From an uncultured bacterium (GTDB lineage: Bacteria > Hydrothermota > Tepidihabitantia > B3-TA06 > CAYQJV01), in assembly GCA_964417925.1 (NCBI GenBank), contig CAYQJV010000001.1:22192-86191 (forward strand): 64,000 nt of DNA, read 5' to 3'. A program made the translations under genes and the position numbers. A model generated the notes under the pieces. The model was not told where the DNA came from. It saw only the letters and a program-made list of their open reading frames with translations, and ran no database searches. This document shows positions 21,325 through 32,400 of the stretch, in pieces (the stretch's first letter is position 1; every line of letters starts with the position of its first letter).

Positions 21325-23157
21325 TTATTTTGGATAAAGCTTCATTGCTTCAAACCACCGCTGGAGTAACTCTTTTCTTTTTTTACTATCTTCTGGAAGG
21401 TTTAAAGGCCTTCCTCTTGCATCAATAATTATCCCCACCACACCTCCTTCCACTTCTGTTTCTAATTTTTTTCCATTTCCTGCTCCAACATCAAATCCTT
21501 TTTCAGGGATAATGAGTGCTTTTGCCTTTTTACCTACCTCCAATGGAATAACCTCTATATCTCCGAACCTAACCTCCTTTTCAATTTTTTTACCATCCAC
21601 GAAAATTTCAACCTTCACACATTTTGCCCCCTCCTTCGCAATCCCCTTTGGAGAAATACTTGTACCAAGGTGTATCAAGCAATCTTTTTCAAAAACCTCC
21701 ATTGCAGCCTTTTCGTGAACCGTAGAAAGAACACCAAGATGTGGCATCATAAATATACTATCCACTGCAAGTCTTGTAACTCCTTCAGGCTGAAAGGCAT
21801 CAAGCATCATCATTGCAGCTTGGGCTCTGCGTGGTGCATGAGAAAGTATACCTCCTGAGCCTACTATAAGAGAAAGAGACATCATATTAACAAGAGTTTC
21901 TCCTGTCATGGTTTGAGCAAAGGCTTCTGAAATTGTTCTTTCTACTTGAACTCCTTTTAACCCCACAGCCATTGTTTTATGCTGTTCAAGTGCAAGTCTT
22001 AAAGCCTCCCTTGCCACTGCATGCTCTATTTTCAAATCCTCAATGGTTGCAGGAATGGTAGTGGGTCTTATCATTTTGTTTCTTATCCTATTTCTTAAAA
22101 CTTTTTCATCAATGTCAAAAGGAAGCCACCGTATTATATTTTCGGTACCCGCTTCTACCAACACATTTGATATACTATAGGACATCCCAAGATTTGCACT
22201 TACAGTTCTGTTAAACACTCTATCCCCTTCATACTCAAAAACAGAAAATACATCAGTAGTTGCCCCTCCTATATCAACTCCTATTACATCTATCTCCTGT
22301 TTCTTCCCTATTCTTTCTATTAACAATCCTACAGCACCAGGGGTAGGCATTATAGGAACATCTGTCCAAGACATTAATTTTTTGTACCCAGGAGCATGCG
22401 CCATTACATGCTCCATAAAAAGTTCGTGTATCTTATCCCTTGCAGGTTTTAAATTTTCTCTTTCCAAAACAGGTCTTATGTTATCAACTATGGAAAGCGC
22501 TGTAACATCTCCTAAAATTCTCCTTATATGCTCTCTTGCATCTTTATTACCTGCATATATTACAGGTAATCTATACCCTACTCCAAATCTTGGCCTGGGA
22601 TCTGCTGCTCTTATAAGTTCAGCAAGTTCCACTACATGGGATATGGTACCACCGTCCACTCCTCCTGAAAGAAGAATCATATCAGGCCTGAGATGCCTTA
22701 TTCTTTCTATTTTTTGGTGAGGCAACCTCCCGTCGTTGGAAGCAATAACATCCATCACTATGGCTCCTGCTCCAAGAGCTGCTCTTGCTGCACTTTCTGC
22801 TGTCATGGTCATTACAACTCCTGCTACCATCATTTGCAGTCCACCGCCTGCAGAGGAAGTTGATATGTATATATCCACCCCTTTCTTTGAAGACTTCCTT
22901 GGTTTTATTATTTTTTCTCCATCCAAAATTTCTTTACCTGTAAGTTCCTCTACCTCTCTTATAGCATTTAAAACTCCTCTGGTAACATCCTCAAAAGGAG
23001 CCTCCACAGTGGTAGGGGCTTCCCCTCTTACAACCAATCTATACTCATCTCCCTTTTTTTCTATAAGAATTGCTTTTGTAGTAGTACTTCCACAGTCCGT
23101 TGCAAGAATTGTATTAATTTCTTCCTTTTTTCTCATTCTTTTCCCTCCTGTCTTCAA
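21325..23157 (-). CDS. ASKHA-fold ATPase, glutamate mutase MutL/GlmL-like
   Basis: N-terminus ILATDCGSTTTKAILI…TTVEAP…GVLNAIREVEE resembles the GlmL/MutL N-terminal actin-like ATPase motif. A second actin-like fold motif DIGGATTD appears later. Confidence 0.4.
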   Translation of the reverse strand: MKTGGKRMRKKEEINTILATDCGSTTTKAILIEKKGDEYRLVVRGEAPTTVEAPFEDVTRGVLNAIREVEELTGKEILDGEKIIKPRKSSKKGVDIYISTSSAGGGLQMMVAGVVMTMTAESAARAALGAGAIVMDVIASNDGRLPHQKIERIRHLRPDMILLSGGVDGGTISHVVELAELIRAADPRPRFGVGYRLPVIYAGNKDAREHIRRILGDVTALSIVDNIRPVLERENLKPARDKIHELFMEHVMAHAPGYKKLMSWTDVPIMPTPGAVGLLIERIGKKQEIDVIGVDIGGATTDVFSVFEYEGDRVFNRTVSANLGMSYSISNVLVEAGTENIIRWLPFDIDEKVLRNRIRNKMIRPTTIPATIEDLKIEHAVAREALRLALEQHKTMAVGLKGVQVERTISEAFAQTMTGETLVNMMSLSLIVGSGGILSHAPRRAQAAMMMLDAFQPEGVTRLAVDSIFMMPHLGVLSTVHEKAAMEVFEKDCLIHLGTSISPKGIAKEGAKCVKVEIFVDGKKIEKEVRFGDIEVIPLEVGKKAKALIIPEKGFDVGAGNGKKLETEVEGGVVGIIIDARGRPLNLPEDSKKRKELLQRWFEAMKLYPK

Positions 23158-23425
23158 ATTCTTCTATTTTTTGTATCAAAAGTTCAATATTTTCTCTATC
23201 TTCAAAAAATGCAGTAAGCCTATCATAAAAATTCGTTGAAGGTAAAAATGCTCCTACTATTGGTTGGAAAAAAACCATTAATTGACTTCCTACATAGGAT
23301 AATGGTTTGGAAGATTCTAAAAAAACAATCGCTATTGTAGAAAGCCTCATCTCCACAACCCTTTTTGCAATTTTCTCTGCCAGTTCCTCTCTCTCCTTCT
23401 TACTCAGGTCTTGTGCAAACATCAA
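23114..23425 (-). CDS. Hypothetical small protein (start uncertain)
   Basis: ORF only. Overlaps neighbours at both ends. Confidence 0.2.
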   Translation of the reverse strand: MMFAQDLSKKEREELAEKIAKRVVEMRLSTIAIVFLESSKPLSYVGSQLMVFFQPIVGAFLPSTNFYDRLTAFFEDRENIELLIQKIEEFEDRREKNEKKGRN

Positions 23426-24845
23426 GCTCCTTTACCGCTTTTACTTCATCAAGCCTCTTTACAGGTGTTGTAAAAGGAGCATTCTTCAAAACCTCAGGAT
23501 TTTCTTTTGCTTCTTCTGCTATTTTTAAAAGCACCTCTGCAAACCTTTCAAGAGTCTCCTTAGACTCAGTTTCAGTAGGTTCTATCATAAGGGCCTCAGA
23601 AACAATTAATGGAAAATAAACTGTGGGGGCATGAAATCCATAATCAAGTAATCTCTTGGCTACATCAAGAGTTCTCACTCCATATTTTTTTAAAAAAATT
23701 CCAGAGGCAACGAATTCATGCATACAATAGTTCTTATAAGGGACTGGATATATTTTTTCTATTAACTTTTTTAAATAATTTGCATTAATGATTGCATGCT
23801 CTGCAACCTTTCTTAATCCTTGAGCTCCCATCATTCTTATGTAAACATAAGCCTTAACCATCACGAGAAAGTTACCATAAAATCCTTGGACCTTTCCTAT
23901 AGAATAAGGTCTATTAAAATCAAAATAATACTTCTCTCCATCATATTTTACCACTGGATAAGGGAGAAACTTTTCAAGATGTTTCTTAACCCCCACAGGA
24001 CCTGCTCCAGGCCCTCCTCCACCATGGGGAGTTGAAAATGTCTTGTGCAAATTAAAATGTACAATATCTACTCCTGCATCTCCTGGTCTTGTTATACCAA
24101 GTAAAGCATTCAGATTAGCCCCATCTAAATAGAGCTGAGCATCTATTCGGTGTAGAGCATCCGCTATTTCCTTTATATTTTTTTCAAAAAGTCCAAGAGT
24201 ATTGGGATTTGTAATCATCATTCCCGCAACATCTGGAGAAAGCTTAGAGTAAAAATCCTCCATATCCACAAGTCCGTCATCTGCTGATTTCACGGTAACC
24301 GAAGTATACCCTGAAAGAGCAACACTTGCAGGATTGGTTCCATGTGCAGAGTCAGGTACCAGTATTTTACTTTTTTTATTTTTCTTGTAATCATGATATG
24401 CCCTTATAAGCATTATTCCAGTGAGTTCACCATGCGCTCCTGCAGCAGGTTGAAGAGTTACTGCATCCATCCCACCTATTTCAGCAAGATATTCACCAAG
24501 TTCATACATCAACTGTAAAGCTCCCTGAACAAGAGGCTCTGGCTCAAGAGGATGCAAAGAAATAAAACCTTCGTAACTTGCAACTTCTTCATTTATTTTA
24601 GGATTGTACTTCATTGTACACGAACCTAAAGGATAGAATCCCTTATCTACATGATAATTTAAAACCGAAAGATTGACAAAATGCCTTACCAGTTCTGGCT
24701 CTGAAACCTCAGGAAGTTTAGCTTCTTTTTTTCTTAAATATCTCTCAGGGATAAGCTTATCAAGGGGCTTCTCTGTAATATCAAGTTCTGGAAGGGTATA
24801 AGCTTTCTTGCCTTTTTTTGAAATTTCAAAAATCAATTTTTCCAT
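23400..24845 (-). CDS. gcvPB: Glycine dehydrogenase (decarboxylating) subunit 2
   Basis: PLP motif [22 protein letters not shown]. Size and overall pattern of the P-protein C-terminal subunit. Confidence 0.85.
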   Translation of the reverse strand: MEKLIFEISKKGKKAYTLPELDITEKPLDKLIPERYLRKKEAKLPEVSEPELVRHFVNLSVLNYHVDKGFYPLGSCTMKYNPKINEEVASYEGFISLHPLEPEPLVQGALQLMYELGEYLAEIGGMDAVTLQPAAGAHGELTGIMLIRAYHDYKKNKKSKILVPDSAHGTNPASVALSGYTSVTVKSADDGLVDMEDFYSKLSPDVAGMMITNPNTLGLFEKNIKEIADALHRIDAQLYLDGANLNALLGITRPGDAGVDIVHFNLHKTFSTPHGGGGPGAGPVGVKKHLEKFLPYPVVKYDGEKYYFDFNRPYSIGKVQGFYGNFLVMVKAYVYIRMMGAQGLRKVAEHAIINANYLKKLIEKIYPVPYKNYCMHEFVASGIFLKKYGVRTLDVAKRLLDYGFHAPTVYFPLIVSEALMIEPTETESKETLERFAEVLLKIAEEAKENPEVLKNAPFTTPVKRLDEVKAVKELDVCTRPE

Positions 24846-24886
24846 ATCTTAAATTTTAAACTGAATCTCATTATTGTCAATAATTT

Positions 24887-26692
24887 CTACCTCTTGAAAA
24901 ACTCATCTACCACTATCTCTGTCATCACTACAGGATGAGTAAGTCCAAAGTTTTCAAGTACCTCAGGATGCACTTCACCTATTGTTCCCAAATATCTTCC
25001 ATTAAGGATAATCTGTGCTGTTCTTCCAGGAATAAACACAGGATGTTCTGTTTCCTGATAAACCGGGCTTTCCTCTATAATTTCCCTTAGTAAGGCATCG
25101 GTATAACTCCTTATCTCTGCATAACCTGTTTTGGGTCCCATTATTCCCATACATAACCTTGTTTCTTCTTCACTTCCTGTTTCCTTATCCAAGGAGAGAA
25201 AAACCACATCCCCTATCTCAAAAAATCTTTGAGGCATATCCTTTGTCTTGTTAACTGCAAAGGTTTCAAGCATTCCTGAAAAAAGATGCACCCTTACGAT
25301 CTTCTGGTACTGGCTTGCAGGATTTTTAATCTCTATGTAGTTGTTTTTATCCTTCATTCTTAATTTCTCAAAATGGTCTTTTGGATTTGTAAGCATGAGA
25401 GTCATTATCTCTTGAAAGCCAAGACCGGTCATTACCCTTCTTATGATATCACACAATCTCTCCATTCTCCTCTCATCACCTATGGTCATTGTTCGGGGAA
25501 GTTTTGTTTTTATTCTATTGTATCCATAAAAAATGGCAATATCTTCCACAATATCTATATCATGCATTATATCTGCTCTAAAGAAAGGAATTTCAACCTC
25601 TATTTTAGCATTCTTTTTCTTTACTCCAAAACGAGCACGCTCAAGAGAATCTATTATTTCCTCTTCTGTAATTTCTATGCCAAGTATTTTACTTACATAA
25701 TTTTTATCAACATTTCTTTTTTCAGTTACTGCTTGGGGAGAAAAAATTATCCTATTATCAGGATAAAAAATTTCTGTCTCTTCAACTCTACCACCAAGAT
25801 CTGCAATGGATGCAACAATTATATTCAAAGCCTTTTTCACATCCTCAAAAGATAAACCAGTAACATCTATAAAAAGAGATTCTGTTTTTTCTGTAACCTT
25901 TGTATCTTCACTATTAATAATAGGTGGCATTGAAAGGACTCTTCCTTTAGAATCAACAAGTAAAGGATACTTCTTCTTTAAAAGATGAGCAAATTCAATT
26001 CCTTTGGGATGCTTTTTCAAAATCTCAACCGGAGTCATTTCTTCATCTGTACCCAATGGAATAAATTTTATCTCCTCTTCCTCCACCACTCTATAATAGA
26101 TAGGAGGAGTTATTTTATTCAAATCATAGACTCCAATGGATGCTCTTTTTCTATTCCTTCCTACTGCCCAGTGGAGATTTTCCTGTAGTTTCATTATTGA
26201 TTTTAACCTCCAAGAGTCCATATGGATATTTTTAACCACTGCAGTAACTATCCAAGGTCTAATGTTCTTAACACTTTCATCAACGTACACCTTTATATCT
26301 CCTTTCTCAAAGGTATATTGAGGAAGCCCACGTTCAATCCCCAGATATCCCTTTATTATTCTGGAGAGACCTACTGCATCAAACATATCAGGTCTTGATG
26401 GAACAAGTTCTATCCTCACCACCTCATCCTTTCCTATCTCAGGAAACGAAATCTCACTCTCATAACCACACAAACAACATTTCTTAAGCGGTTCTTCATG
26501 AGAAACTCTTTCATTCAATCCGCCACATTCAGGACATTGGTGTATTACTATTTCAGAATATCCTTCAACATCCCCTCCAATATCTTCTATTATTCTTAAA
26601 AGTTCATCTCTTAAAAAATTCCTTCCAACAAGTTCTTCAAGTTTTTCTCTGGATATACTTACTACCGGCATAATGGACTCCTCCTGAGCCAA
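24887..26692 (-). CDS. pheT: Phenylalanine--tRNA ligase beta subunit, archaeal/eukaryal-type (about 600 aa)
   Basis: Length and domain order (Zn-ribbon-like CPECG…CCLCG, B3/4 and B5 regions) are typical of archaeal-type PheT. Overlaps pheS by 31 nt. Confidence 0.8.
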   Translation of the reverse strand: MAQEESIMPVVSISREKLEELVGRNFLRDELLRIIEDIGGDVEGYSEIVIHQCPECGGLNERVSHEEPLKKCCLCGYESEISFPEIGKDEVVRIELVPSRPDMFDAVGLSRIIKGYLGIERGLPQYTFEKGDIKVYVDESVKNIRPWIVTAVVKNIHMDSWRLKSIMKLQENLHWAVGRNRKRASIGVYDLNKITPPIYYRVVEEEEIKFIPLGTDEEMTPVEILKKHPKGIEFAHLLKKKYPLLVDSKGRVLSMPPIINSEDTKVTEKTESLFIDVTGLSFEDVKKALNIIVASIADLGGRVEETEIFYPDNRIIFSPQAVTEKRNVDKNYVSKILGIEITEEEIIDSLERARFGVKKKNAKIEVEIPFFRADIMHDIDIVEDIAIFYGYNRIKTKLPRTMTIGDERRMERLCDIIRRVMTGLGFQEIMTLMLTNPKDHFEKLRMKDKNNYIEIKNPASQYQKIVRVHLFSGMLETFAVNKTKDMPQRFFEIGDVVFLSLDKETGSEEETRLCMGIMGPKTGYAEIRSYTDALLREIIEESPVYQETEHPVFIPGRTAQIILNGRYLGTIGEVHPEVLENFGLTHPVVMTEIVVDEFFKR

Positions 26693-28161
26693 TCAAAATC
26701 AGCCCAATAAAGTTTTCTTATATCATCGATACCAAATCTAAGCATCGCAAGTCTCTCAAGCCCCAATCCCCAAGCAAGCACAGGAACTTTACAGCCGAAC
26801 GGAAGCGTAACCTCAGGTCTGAATATCCCTGCTCCACCAAGTTCTATCCACTCCTCGCCTTTAAACTTTACATAAACTTCAAGAGAAGGTTCAGTATAGG
26901 GGAAAAAGGAAGGCCTAAACCTTATCTCTTCAAAACCCATCTTTCTGTAAAATTCCTTTAACACTCCAAGAAGTGATGCAAAATCAGCCTCTTCATCAAT
27001 AACAATTCCATCCACTTGATGAAATTCAGGAAGATGCTTATATGTAATCTTTTCTCTTCTAAAAACTTTTCCTACAGTAAATACCTTTTGAGGAGGAGCT
27101 GGATGCTGTGCAAGATATCTTATGGTTGTTGCAGTAGTATGGGTTCTTAAAATGATTTTTCTGGCTTCCTTTTCACTCCAGTTATACTTCCACCCTTTTG
27201 AACCTGTTTTCCATCCATTTTCATGAGTTTCTTTGACATGTAAGACCCATTCATTATCTGGAATCTTTCCATATTCAGGCCTTTTTACATAAAAGGTATC
27301 CTGCATTTCCCTTGCAGGATGGTCCTGGGGTTGAAAAAGGGCATCAAAATCCCAAAAACCTGTCTCTACATATCCTGAATGTATCTCTTTAAATCCCATT
27401 TCAAGGAATATCTTCCTTGTTTCATCTATTATTTTCCTTAATGGATGAACTTTTCCAGGGAAAACCTCTTCCCCAGGAATTTTTACATCGTATTTTTTAA
27501 ATACAACATCTCTCCACTTGCCAGTGGAAATCAACTCAGGAGTAAGCCGAGTAACTTCCCTTGTTGGTTTTACCCGATAACCACTTTTTAATCCCAACTT
27601 ATCAATTATGGATAAATATCTTTTCACCCTTTCCTTCACATCTACTACATTCCTGGTTTTTAAAAACTTAATTCCTTTCTCATAATCAAATCCCTTCAAC
27701 TCTTCAACAGGAACTTCCTTTTTCTTCTTTAAAATTTCTATTATTCTCTCATCCTCCATTCTTTCTTTTCTATATTTTTCCCCTTCCTGGGTAAGTTTTA
27801 AGATCTCTTCTTCCTTTTTCCACAGTCCTTTCTTAAACCCCCATCTTAAACCTTCCTGAAAAATCTCTTTATTGAATTTTTTTCTCAATCCTTCAAAGGA
27901 CTCTTCATTTTTCTCAAACGCATTAAGAAGTAATCTCTCAGGAAATGATTTATTAATAAACTCTTCTGCCCTTTGTTTCAAAACAACTGCCTTTATTTTT
28001 TCTTCCTCTATCTTTAATATCCCCTTTTTCTCCAGCTCTTTTGCCACAGCATATACAAGAGATTGATTATAACCCGTTGTCTTTTCTATCTCTTCAAAGG
28101 AAGTCCTCTCTTTGCCCTGGCAAGCATTTAAAATATCGTATTCTCTTTTTGTTAATTCCAT
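26662..28161 (-). CDS. pheS: Phenylalanine--tRNA ligase alpha subunit, archaeal-type with N-terminal winged-helix extensions
   Basis: Class II motifs FRREKITYKHLPEFHQVDGIV and GAGIFRPEV. Long N-terminal DNA-binding-fold repeats as in archaeal/spirochaete PheS. Confidence 0.85.
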   Translation of the reverse strand: MELTKREYDILNACQGKERTSFEEIEKTTGYNQSLVYAVAKELEKKGILKIEEEKIKAVVLKQRAEEFINKSFPERLLLNAFEKNEESFEGLRKKFNKEIFQEGLRWGFKKGLWKKEEEILKLTQEGEKYRKERMEDERIIEILKKKKEVPVEELKGFDYEKGIKFLKTRNVVDVKERVKRYLSIIDKLGLKSGYRVKPTREVTRLTPELISTGKWRDVVFKKYDVKIPGEEVFPGKVHPLRKIIDETRKIFLEMGFKEIHSGYVETGFWDFDALFQPQDHPAREMQDTFYVKRPEYGKIPDNEWVLHVKETHENGWKTGSKGWKYNWSEKEARKIILRTHTTATTIRYLAQHPAPPQKVFTVGKVFRREKITYKHLPEFHQVDGIVIDEEADFASLLGVLKEFYRKMGFEEIRFRPSFFPYTEPSLEVYVKFKGEEWIELGGAGIFRPEVTLPFGCKVPVLAWGLGLERLAMLRFGIDDIRKLYWADFDWLRRSPLCR

Positions 28162-28170
28162 GATTTTTAA

Positions 28171-28198
28171 ATTATACTTTCAAAGTGTAAAAAATCAA
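28171..28198 (-). promoter_or_regulatory. Sigma-70-type promoter for pheST (TTGATT-N16-TATAAT) ending 9 nt from the ATG, giving a leaderless or near-leaderless mRNA
   Basis: On the minus strand, TTGATT…16 nt…TATAAT then ttaaaaatc then ATG. No SD. Confidence 0.45.
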
Positions 28199-28739
28199 GA
28201 TTAAAAAGAGAGTGTTCGAAAAATCCTTATTGCTGGTATTTTCTATCGTGAAAAAATCACCCATGCCCCTCAATGCAAACAAAAAAGGAGGCCCTAAAGC
28301 GCTATCCCCTCATCTATCTCATAACACTTGTCCGCCACCAAAACACCACCCATATCAACCTTATTTATAAATTTTAAGGCATCACTAACAACTTTACTTC
28401 ACTTGCATACGGACCTCCAGAAGAAGCAACAACAATAACTCTTCTACCATCCAAAGTAAGAATTATAACAACAACCTTCCCCTGAGATTTTATGTTTCTT
28501 ATCACCATATCCCTGGACCATCCACTATCCAAACCCTTAAATTAAAAGATAACTTTCTGCAAAAGTTTCTTAGGAAGTCTTTTAATTCGGGAAATGATAT
28601 GTTGAGAGGGATGGGGAGATGAAAATACCCATGAGGCTTTTCTAAAACTTCCCGATAGGACAATCCCTTAAGACTTTAAAAATATACAAAAATTCCCCAA
28701 ATGCAACCCTTATTTTTCGAACGGCCTTTATCATTGTAC

Positions 28740-28767
28740 TTGACTTTCAGTAAAAATTTATTATAAT
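28740..28767 (+). promoter_or_regulatory. Sigma-70-type promoter for the peroxiredoxin gene (TTGACT-N16-TATAAT)
   Basis: TTGACT at 28740-45 and TATAAT at 28762-67. Strong SD AAGGAGGT at 28799-806, ATG at 28810. Confidence 0.55.
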
Positions 28768-28809
28768 ATTACAATAATTTCAAGGTTGAAATAAAAACAA
28801 GGAGGTAGA

Positions 28810-29454
28810 ATGGAAGGAAAAATACCGTTGTTGGGGGATAAATTCCCTGAAATGGAGGTAAAAACCACTCATGGTAAGATTAAACTTCCAGAGCATTTTA
28901 AGGATAAATGGTTTATACTTTTCAGTCATCCCGCAGACTTCACTCCAGTGTGTACCACTGAATTTGTGGCTTTTCAAAAGAGATATGAAGAGTTTAAAAA
29001 ATTCAACTGTGAGCTCATTGGACTTTCTATTGACCAGGTATTTTCTCATATCAAATGGATAGAATGGATAAAGGAGAGTCTAAAAATAGAAATAGAATTC
29101 CCTGTTATTGCAGATGATACTGGAGAAATATCTAAGAAACTTGGTCTCATTCATCCTGGAAAAGGGACAAATACTGTGAGAGCGGTATTTATAGTGGATC
29201 CAAAGGGAACTGTAAGGGCTATTCTTTATTATCCCCAAGAATTGGGAAGAAATGTGGATGAAATTTTAAGAATGATAAAAGGATTTGAAATATCAGATAA
29301 ATACAATGTTGCCATCCCTGCAAACTGGCCTGATAATGAACTGGTAAAAGATGAAGTAATAATACCTCCTGCTGATAATGAAAAGGATGCAAAAGAAAGA
29401 CCTAAAAAATACAAGTGCTTTGACTGGTGGTTCTGTCATAAAAAGATAAAATAA
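28810..29454 (+). CDS. 1-Cys peroxiredoxin (Prx6/archaeal type) with Cys-rich C-terminal tail
   Basis: Peroxidatic Cys motif FTPVCTTE. C-terminal [10 protein letters not shown]. Confidence 0.85.
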   Translation: MEGKIPLLGDKFPEMEVKTTHGKIKLPEHFKDKWFILFSHPADFTPVCTTEFVAFQKRYEEFKKFNCELIGLSIDQVFSHIKWIEWIKESLKIEIEFPVIADDTGEISKKLGLIHPGKGTNTVRAVFIVDPKGTVRAILYYPQELGRNVDEILRMIKGFEISDKYNVAIPANWPDNELVKDEVIIPPADNEKDAKERPKKYKCFDWWFCHKKIK

Positions 29455-29460
29455 GTTTTT

Positions 29461-29480
29461 CGGGAGGTGCTACCTCCCGG
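29461..29480 (+). terminator. Intrinsic terminator-like hairpin downstream of the peroxiredoxin gene
   Basis: CGGGAGGT-gct-ACCTCCCG flanked by TTTTT (5') and a U-rich tail. Sits between convergent genes. Confidence 0.45.
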
Positions 29481-29489
29481 AAGATTTAT

Positions 29490-32400
29490 TTATATTTCAC
29501 CAAGTACTTTTACCCATTCAACTCCTGGGAATTCTCGCAATTGCGAGATTAAACCAGGTGATGGATTAACCTTCAGTGTTTTACTTCTAATTTTTAATTT
29601 TTCTTTTATTGTAGTTCCTATACCATTGTAAATATGGATATGTAGTTCTGCTTTTCCAGGATGTTTCTTTACAAGTTCTAAAAGGTTGTATATCTCCTCA
29701 TCCCCTATTCCTACTGGATTGAATCCAAAGGAGAGAATGGAAATAGAAGAAATTGCCTTTTCAAAAGGTAGTATAAGAGAACTTCTTATTTTTGGACGTG
29801 TAGAATCCTCTTTAACTTCACATACTCCTTTCACAATTATAAGACTGTCATTTTTTAATATATCCTTTGTATCTTCATACTGCTTTGAAAAAACAATAAC
29901 ATCTATCTCGCCCTCAAAATCTCTAATAGAAACTGTAGCATATGGATTTCCATTCTTGTCCCTCTTGGTCCTTTTTGAAACCACTGCTCCTCCCACTGCT
30001 ATTACCTTTCCATCCAAATTTTCATCTATCTGGGAAGAAGGAATAAGTTTGAATCCATCATAAAACACACGATATTTATCCATGGGATGTCCGGATAAGT
30101 AAAAGCCAAAGGCCTCCTTTTCATAGGGTAAAAATTCATCCTTCTTTATCTTTCTTCTTTCTTTTGCCTTAGGTTTTACCTCCTTTTTCCCCAAATCAAA
30201 TATAGAAAGTTGCATTTTCATATAATAGACCCTTTCCTGATTAACTTTTTTTATCTCATCATCCAAGATTTCAAGTAAATATTTTCTGTCTGGTTCCAAA
30301 GAATCAAAACAACCTGCCTTAATCAGAAATTCAACACACTTTTTATTCACAAATTTTTTAGTCCTCAAAAGAAAATCTTCAAAATCTTTATACTTTCCCT
30401 TCTTTTCTCTTTCCTGAGTTATCGCTTTTGCTGCATTTTCTCCTACATTTTTTATACCTCCTAATCCAAATCTTATATTTTCTCCCTCAATTCTAAACTC
30501 ATAGTAACTTTTGTTTATGTCAGGGGGGAGAATCTTTATTCCAAGTCTTTTAGTTTCATTAAGAAACAAAAACAATCTATCTTCTGATTTGCCCATTTCT
30601 GAAGTCAAAAGTGCACTCATAAATTCAAGTGGATAGTTTGCTTTAAGATATGCAGTAGTATAAGAAAGATGAGCATATCCTGCAGAATGGGATTTATTGA
30701 ATCCATAGCCAGCAAACGGAGCAATGAGATTAAAAATCTGTATTGCTATTTTCTCTGAAATCCCCCTTTTTACTGCCCTCTTTATGAATTCTTCTTTCAT
30801 CTGATCCATCAACTCTGGGATCTTTTTACCCATCGCCCTTCTCAGAGTATCTGCCTCTGCAAGAGAAAAACCCGCTATTTGCTGGGCTATCTGCATTACC
30901 TGTTCCTGATAGAGAATAATTCCATAAGTTTCTTTAAGAATATCTTCAAGCTCTGGATGTAAATACTCTATATTTTTTCTACCATGTTTTCTATGGAAAA
31001 ACTCCTCCAGATTTATATTTCCTAAGGGACCAGGGCGATAAAGAGATATCACAGCGATTAAATCATTCATATCCTTTGGCTCCATCTTTTTTAAGATCTC
31101 CCTCATCCCTCCGCTTTCAAGTTGGAATATACCTATTGTATTTCCTTTTTTTAAAAGGCTAAAAGTTTTCTCATCATTTAAAGGAATATTTTTGACATCT
31201 ATCTCAATTCCCTTATTCCTTAAAAGTTGTTCTGTATTTCTTATTACTGTGAGTGTCCTAAGACCAAGAATATCCATCTTTAAAAGCCCTATGTCTTCAA
31301 CGGATTTCATATCGTACTGAGTACACACATCCTCCCCTGCTCTATAAAGAGGAAGAAACTCTGTAAGAGGCTCAGGAGTTATAACAACTCCTGAAGCATG
31401 GATAGAGGCATGTCTTGCAACTCCCTCAAGTTTAAGGGCTATTTTAAACATCTTTTCATATCTCTCATCTGACTTTATCATCTTTTCAAGCTCCTTATGC
31501 ACCGCAATTGCATCTTTTAAAGAAAGATTGGAAGGAATCATCTTTGCAATTCTGTCCACCTCTCCATAAGGTATATCAAGAACCCTTCCTACATCTCTTA
31601 TTGCAGCCCTTGCCTTCATTGTATCAAAAGTAATTATCCTTGCAACATTATCTTCGCCATACCGTTTCCTTATGTACTCTATTACATCATCCCTTCTGTC
31701 ATCTGCAAAATCTATATCAATATCTGGAAGTGTTACTCTTTCAGGATTCAAAAATCTTTCAAATATGAGATTGTATTTTAGAGGATCTATTTCTGTTATA
31801 TCAAGACAATAAAGTACCAAACTACCAACTGCAGAACCCCTTCCAGGTCCTACAGGAATATCATTACTTTTTGCAAAAGAAACAATATCCTTCACTATCA
31901 AAAAATATCCAGCAAATCCCATTTTCTCAATTATTGAGAGTTCATGTTCAAGTCTTCTTTTATAATTCTCCGGAGGTTGTGCTGGATAAAACTTTCTCTT
32001 TAACCCCTCTTCTGCAAGGTATTTTAAGTACTCAAAATCATTTTTATACTGCTCAGGAATGGGATATCTTGGAAGATGAAATTTCTTTTCGGAAAGAGAA
32101 AGGGAAACACTACATCTATCAGCTATTTTCACCGTATTTTCTAAAGCCATAGGAAGTTCTTTAAATATTTCATACATTTCTTCTGGAGATTTAAAGTAAA
32201 GCTCTTTTGTTTCAAATTTTAACCTTGCTTTCTCCGTAATTTTCTTTCCTGTTTGAATTGCAAGTAAAGCATCGTGAGCTTCATAGTCATCAGGAGAAAT
32301 ATAATGACAGTCATTTGTCGCCACTACCTCTACATTCTCTTTCTTGGCAAGTTCAACAAGTCCTTTTAAAATCTTTTCATTCTCTTGAATCCCAAGATAC

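Noticed and set aside
22382-23239. Plus-strand ORFs of 112 and 167 aa overlapping the MutL-like gene
   Set aside because: Antisense shadow ORFs with Ala/Ser/Pro/Ile low-complexity translations.
28300-28360. T-box riboswitch upstream of pheS (minus-strand GGGUGGUGUUUUGGUGGCGG resembles AGGGUGGNACCGCG)
   Set aside because: The match is partial, with an insertion in the core. The region is about 580 nt, far longer than T-box leaders. pheS appears to have its own promoter adjacent to the ATG, so the region is not between promoter and gene.
28200-28739. RNase P RNA, tmRNA or SRP RNA in the ORF-free region
   Set aside because: Universal signature motifs (GGAAAGUCCGG / ACAGAAnCCGGCUUA for RNase P, the tRNA-like CCA end and resume codon for tmRNA, the SRP domain IV motif) were not found on either strand.
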